DNA from: Candidatus Saccharimonadota bacterium
GTDB taxonomy: Bacteria; Pseudomonadota; Alphaproteobacteria; Rickettsiales; Anaplasmataceae
Length of the DNA: 32,000 bases
Assembly: GCF_025021925.1 (NCBI RefSeq)
Contig: NZ_CP092368.1
Coordinates: 150,001 to 182,000 of the forward strand
Direction: 5' to 3'
The translations under genes were made by a program, and so were the position numbers. Positions 28,386 to 32,000 of the stretch are shown here, in pieces. The notes beneath the pieces are model-generated. The model searched no databases, was not told where the DNA came from, and was given only the letters and a program-made list of their open reading frames with translations. The first letter of the stretch is position 1. Each line of letters opens with the position of its first letter.

Positions 28386-29045
28386 ATGGTAGAAGTTTTT
28401 TTAAACAATGCAACAAAAAAGATAGAAGGTGAATATCATCAGAGTCATAATTTAGATGCGCCAGTTGTACTCATATTACATCATCATGCTCAGTATGGTG
28501 GAAGTTTAAATACTAAAATGATACATGGTGTATATAATACTTTTATTGCAAATAACTTTTCTGCATTAAAAATTAACTTTCGTGGTGTCGAAAAATTTAT
28601 CGGAACCATTGATAAGGGTATAGGAGAGTTAACTGATGCTGCAGTAGCAGTAGATTGGATTCAAGAACATCATTTTAGTAAGATTCCAATTTGGATATTT
28701 GGTTTTTCTTTTGGCGCATGGATAGCCATGCAACTAACAATGCGCAGACCTGAAATAGTAGGATTTATTGTTATTTCTCCTCCTGTTACTAGATATGATT
28801 TTTCCTTTTTATCACCATGTCCTGTTCCTGGACTAATAATACAAGGAAGTCATGATATTATTTCAGAAAAAAGTCATGTTACGGAGCTTGCCACAAGATT
28901 AATTAATTCACTACAAAGTCATTATATGGAATACTATATAGTGGAAAATACTAATCATTTTTTAAGTGATAAAGAGGAAGAAGTCATGCAAATAATAGAT
29001 CGATATATAAAACTAAGATTACATGACAATGTAATCACTATTTAA
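28386..29045 (+). CDS. Alpha/beta hydrolase (COG2945-like, function unknown)
   Basis: 219 aa. ..VVLILHHHAQYGGSLNTKM.., NFRGV..F.G..D.G.GE..DA..A.DW, nucleophile elbow GFSFGAW, and a C-terminal ..NHF.. consistent with a Ser-Asp-His triad fold. Confidence 0.65.
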   Translation: MVEVFLNNATKKIEGEYHQSHNLDAPVVLILHHHAQYGGSLNTKMIHGVYNTFIANNFSALKINFRGVEKFIGTIDKGIGELTDAAVAVDWIQEHHFSKIPIWIFGFSFGAWIAMQLTMRRPEIVGFIVISPPVTRYDFSFLSPCPVPGLIIQGSHDIISEKSHVTELATRLINSLQSHYMEYYIVENTNHFLSDKEEEVMQIIDRYIKLRLHDNVITI

Positions 29046-29229
29046 AAAATCTTTTAATGTCTGGATGATCATATCTTAAGTAATTAAACTCTCTTAATGA
29101 TAAAAATCTTAATGTGTTATATTATAACAATATATTATGAAGAGTATAAGATACTCACACACAATTTCATAATTGATAGATAAAGATTATGATTATAATA
29201 ACAGCATGATGCTGCTATGAGATACTCAT

Positions 29230-29664
29230 TTATAATGCAAAACTTTTACCGCACCCACATTTAGATTTCACGAGTGAATTATGTATATGAAAACCAGCAC
29301 TACTAAGATTTTCGATATAATCTATCACTGAATTATTTAAAAATCTTGCTGAGCATACATCACATATGAGTATTGGCATACCTTCTCTATCATAGATTAT
29401 GATATCTTGACTTATTATATTGTCATTATATATAGATCGATCATCTACTTGAGTGTGATCTTTATTTTCAACATAATGATTATTGTTATCAGAAAGATTA
29501 TTACCTATGTGATCCATAAGAAAATTATATTTAAATCCAGAACATCCTCCACCTGACACTGTAATGCGTAACACAGATTCTTTATTTTTTTCTTGAGATA
29601 TCAAATAGTGAATTCTTTGTACAGCACTTTCAGTACATGTGATATTATTCTCTTTTATTAACAT
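29230..29664 (-). CDS. Iron-sulfur cluster insertion/carrier protein, IscA/ErpA (HesB) family, with internal insertion
   Basis: LRITVSGGGCSGFKYNF and the C-terminal KCGCGKSFAL supply the three conserved Cys of A-type carriers. At 144 aa it exceeds the roughly 110 aa typical of the family, because of an N/D-rich insert after the first Cys block. Confidence 0.8.
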   Translation of the reverse strand: MLIKENNITCTESAVQRIHYLISQEKNKESVLRITVSGGGCSGFKYNFLMDHIGNNLSDNNNHYVENKDHTQVDDRSIYNDNIISQDIIIYDREGMPILICDVCSARFLNNSVIDYIENLSSAGFHIHNSLVKSKCGCGKSFAL

Positions 29665-30035
29665 AGTTTTACAAGTAATTTATTATTAAAATCGAATGTA
29701 TACAATAAAGATTTAGATAATTACATATATATATCATAATTTCATTAATAGACCACAAGTTCCTGAACAGGCTTTGCATTGATTAATGAACGCATAAATA
29801 ATTGATTGCATTATTATATAGTATATTGTACACTAAATTTTAGTATATACTTGATGTACACAATTAAGTATTTTATAGATAAATGACTAGTAATTCTATA
29901 AATTACTTGCATTGTAGAATGCAATAATGGTGTAATCTCTCGATATCTTACACGATTTATTTAAAGATATATATTCATTTTTATCCCTAAGTAATTTAGG
30001 TTTAATTGTATTGTAAATAATGACATGAGGTTAAG

Positions 30036-30308
30036 ATGACAATAACATCTGAGGTAAAACAGAAGATTATAATAAGATACGCAATTAAAAAAGATGATAC
30101 AGGTTCCTCTTTTGTACAATGCGCAATTCTTACTGAGAGAATTCATTGCCTCACTGAACATTTTAAGAAACATAAGCATGATAATAATTCAAAGCGTGGA
30201 TTACTGATCTTAATAGGCAGAAGACGTAGACATTTAAATTATATAAAACTTAAATTTGGTGATGAGACTTATAGAGAATTAATAAGAAAATTGGGCATTA
30301 GAAAATAA
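30036..30308 (+). CDS. rpsO: 30S ribosomal protein S15
   Basis: 90 aa. ..[48 protein letters not shown].. GAGG lies 5 nt upstream of the ATG. Followed by pnp, as in most bacteria. Confidence 0.95.
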   Translation: MTITSEVKQKIIIRYAIKKDDTGSSFVQCAILTERIHCLTEHFKKHKHDNNSKRGLLILIGRRRRHLNYIKLKFGDETYRELIRKLGIRK

Positions 30309-30315
30309 TTGAGAA

Positions 30316-30330
30316 ACCTAAAGTTTAGGT
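30316..30330 (+). promoter_or_regulatory. Small stem-loop in the rpsO-pnp intergenic region
   Basis: ACCTAA-AGT-TTAGGT (6-bp stem, 3-nt loop), 8 nt after the rpsO stop and 29 nt before the pnp ATG. There is no U-tract. The position is analogous to the E. coli rpsO terminator / pnp leader processing hairpin. Confidence 0.25.
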
Positions 30331-30359
30331 ATTACAAAATAATAATTGAGGCATATAAT

Positions 30360-32000
30360 ATGTTTAAAATCATCAAAAAATCTATCGAATGGGGTAATAA
30401 CACATTAACTTTAGAAACTGGAAAAATAGCAAGATATGCAGATAGTGCAATAGTTGTAAGTTATGGCAATACATCAATATTAGTAACAATTGTCAGTAAA
30501 AAGAGAGAAGAAACCGTAGATTTCTTACCTCTCACTGTGCAGTTTATTGCAAAAAGCTACGCAGTAGGTAAAATTCCTGGTGGATTTTTTAAAAGAGAAG
30601 GTAAGCCTTCTGAAAGAGAGACTTTAATTTCAAGATTAGTTGATAGAAGTATTAGACCTCTCTTTCCAGAGGGTTTCTATCGTGATATTAGTGTAATTTG
30701 CCACTTACTGACTTATGATTCAGTGACTCCTCCTGAAGTACCAGCATTAATTGGTACTATGGCAGCTATTGCAATTTCCGGACTTCCTGTTCGCGATGTA
30801 ATAGCTGGTGTAGCAGTCGGACGTAATATGGATCGTAATTATATACTGAATCCTTCTGTACAAGAATTAAAAATAAGTGACTTAGAGTTATTTTTATCTG
30901 GTGATGAACATTCCGTATATATGATTGAATCAGAATCTCAAGAATTATCTGAAGAAATACTAATTGATGCAATTAAATTTGGGCATCAACAGATTAAATC
31001 TATTACTAAATTTATCATAGAATTTGCTAGTCAAGTAAAAAATAAATCAGATCATTACTCTACTCCTAGTATATTAGAGATAGATCAATATGTAGAAAAA
31101 TATAATGCAGACTTTGAAGCAGCATATTATTCAAATTTAAATAAATATGAGCGTCTCAATATGTTAGAAGAAATTAGAAATAACATATTAAATATCCTTA
31201 ATAACAAACTTAAAGATGATAAGTTGGTAAAATATGCGTCAAGATGCATTGAAAGATCTGCAATACGTCAACTTATTAAAAGAAAGGGCATGAGAATAGA
31301 TGGGCGTCAATATAATGAAATACGACAGATAGAAATTGAAATTAATACTTTATCTAGTACTCACGGCTCTGCACTTTTTACTAGGGGTCATACCCAAGCA
31401 TTAGTGATCACTACTCTTGGCACTACACAAGATGAACAGATTATAGATGATATCGAAGGTGATAGACGTGAGCATTTTATGCTACATTATAATTTCCCTG
31501 CATTTGCAGTAGGAGAAATTTCTACTCCACGTGCTCCTGGAAGAAGAGAGATTGGACATGGTAAACTAGCATGGAAAGCAATAAATCCTATTTTACCTGA
31601 TAAATCTCAATTTCCTTATACTATAAGAGTAGTATCAGAGATACTAGAATCTGATGGCTCATCTTCTATGGCTACAGTATGTGGTACTTCTCTTGCACTT
31701 ATGGATACAGGTGTACCAATAAAAGCACCTGTTTCTGGTATTGCAATGGGTTTGATAAAAGATCAAGAAGGATATATTATTCTCTCTGATATATTAGGTG
31801 ATGAAGATTATCTAGGGGATATGGATTGTAAGGTAGCAGGTACGCATACAGGGATTACAGTAATTCAAATGGATACAAAAAGTACTGGTATTAACTGCGA
31901 AATTATCAGTCAAGTATTAGAGCAAGCACGAGATGGTAGATTACATATTTTAACAAAAATGAATTCAGTAATTTCAGAACATAGCTCAAATATAAAAGAT
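30360..32000 (+). CDS. pnp: Polyribonucleotide nucleotidyltransferase (PNPase), 5' 547 codons; continues beyond the window
   Basis: Not in the ORF track because no stop is reached. I translated it by hand: MFKIIKKSIEWGNNTLTLETGKIARYADSAIVV.., FLPLTVQF..K.YAVGKIPGGFFKREGKPSERE, RIDGR..NEIR, THGSALFTRG.TQAL, HYNFP.FAVGE, GRREIGHG.LA, SESDGSSSMATVCG.SLALMD.GVP, LSDILG.EDYLGDMDCKVAGT. GAGG lies 9 nt upstream of the ATG. Confidence 0.95.
   Translation, partial: MFKIIKKSIEWGNNTLTLETGKIARYADSAIVVSYGNTSILVTIVSKKREETVDFLPLTVQFIAKSYAVGKIPGGFFKREGKPSERETLISRLVDRSIRPLFPEGFYRDISVICHLLTYDSVTPPEVPALIGTMAAIAISGLPVRDVIAGVAVGRNMDRNYILNPSVQELKISDLELFLSGDEHSVYMIESESQELSEEILIDAIKFGHQQIKSITKFIIEFASQVKNKSDHYSTPSILEIDQYVEKYNADFEAAYYSNLNKYERLNMLEEIRNNILNILNNKLKDDKLVKYASRCIERSAIRQLIKRKGMRIDGRQYNEIRQIEIEINTLSSTHGSALFTRGHTQALVITTLGTTQDEQIIDDIEGDRREHFMLHYNFPAFAVGEISTPRAPGRREIGHGKLAWKAINPILPDKSQFPYTIRVVSEILESDGSSSMATVCGTSLALMDTGVPIKAPVSGIAMGLIKDQEGYIILSDILGDEDYLGDMDCKVAGTHTGITVIQMDTKSTGINCEIISQVLEQARDGRLHILTKMNSVISEHSSNIKD

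Noticed and set aside
29961-30179. Minus-strand 72-aa ORF overlapping the rpsO start.
   Set aside because: It lies antisense to rpsO and its leader and is low complexity.
30766-30972. Minus-strand 68-aa ORF inside pnp.
   Set aside because: It is an antisense shadow of PNPase.
1-32000. Window-wide checks for:
- a CRISPR array;
- IS elements or transposases, prophage or integrase genes;
- toxin-antitoxin pairs and defence systems;
- rRNA, tmRNA, RNase P or SRP RNA;
- a DnaA-box cluster;
- an alternative genetic code (TGA=Trp).
   Set aside because: - No spaced direct repeats longer than about 9 bp, and no mobile-element, phage, toxin-antitoxin or defence genes: every sizeable ORF has a housekeeping assignment.
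- The only GC-enriched non-coding islands are the two tRNAs, and no conserved ncRNA core motifs were seen.
- No TTATCCACA-type boxes were seen.
- TGA terminates well-aligned genes (thrS, the Mth938 gene, the NifS-like gene) and Trp is encoded by TGG, so the standard code applies.

Overview
This is a very AT-rich, compact bacterial chromosome segment. I call 28 protein-coding genes (pnp runs off the right edge) and 2 tRNAs, about 84% coding by summing my CDS calls. All recognisable genes are core housekeeping:
- Protein quality control and envelope: hslVU, tldD, bamD.
- Haem synthesis, three unlinked steps: hemH, hemD, hemF.
- Fe-S assembly: tandem NifS-like/IscS cysteine desulfurases and an IscA/ErpA-type carrier.
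- Translation: thrS-infC, rpsO-pnp, rsmE, tRNA-Leu(CAG), tRNA-Glu(UUC).
- Metabolism and replication: carB, fabI, ispE, ndk, gshA, a solitary nuoI, pstB, a znuB-like permease, holA, xth.

The gene content, the scattered nuo/pst/znu/haem genes, the HslV propeptide and the base composition suggest a reduced alphaproteobacterium, Rickettsiales/Anaplasmataceae-like. That placement is inference, since no search was run.

I see no transposase, integrase, phage, CRISPR, toxin-antitoxin or defence genes, no long repeats and no compositional island. I do not find a convincing novel system; this reads as ordinary core genome.

The modest oddities worth a second look are:
- a 50-codon N-terminal extension on HslU with a competing internal start;
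- an N/D-rich insertion of about 30 aa in the IscA/ErpA homologue;
- tandem cysteine desulfurases with no iscU/iscR/hscBA next to them;
- an orphan pstB followed by a 747-bp ORF-free spacer that contains a perfect 13-bp inverted repeat;
- overlapping ispE-Mth938-znuB genes;
- small clusters of alternative hairpins in the carB-fabI, hemF-tRNA-Glu and erpA-rpsO spacers.

Short AT-rich inverted repeats are expected in large numbers by chance at this composition, so all RNA-structure and operator ideas are low confidence.
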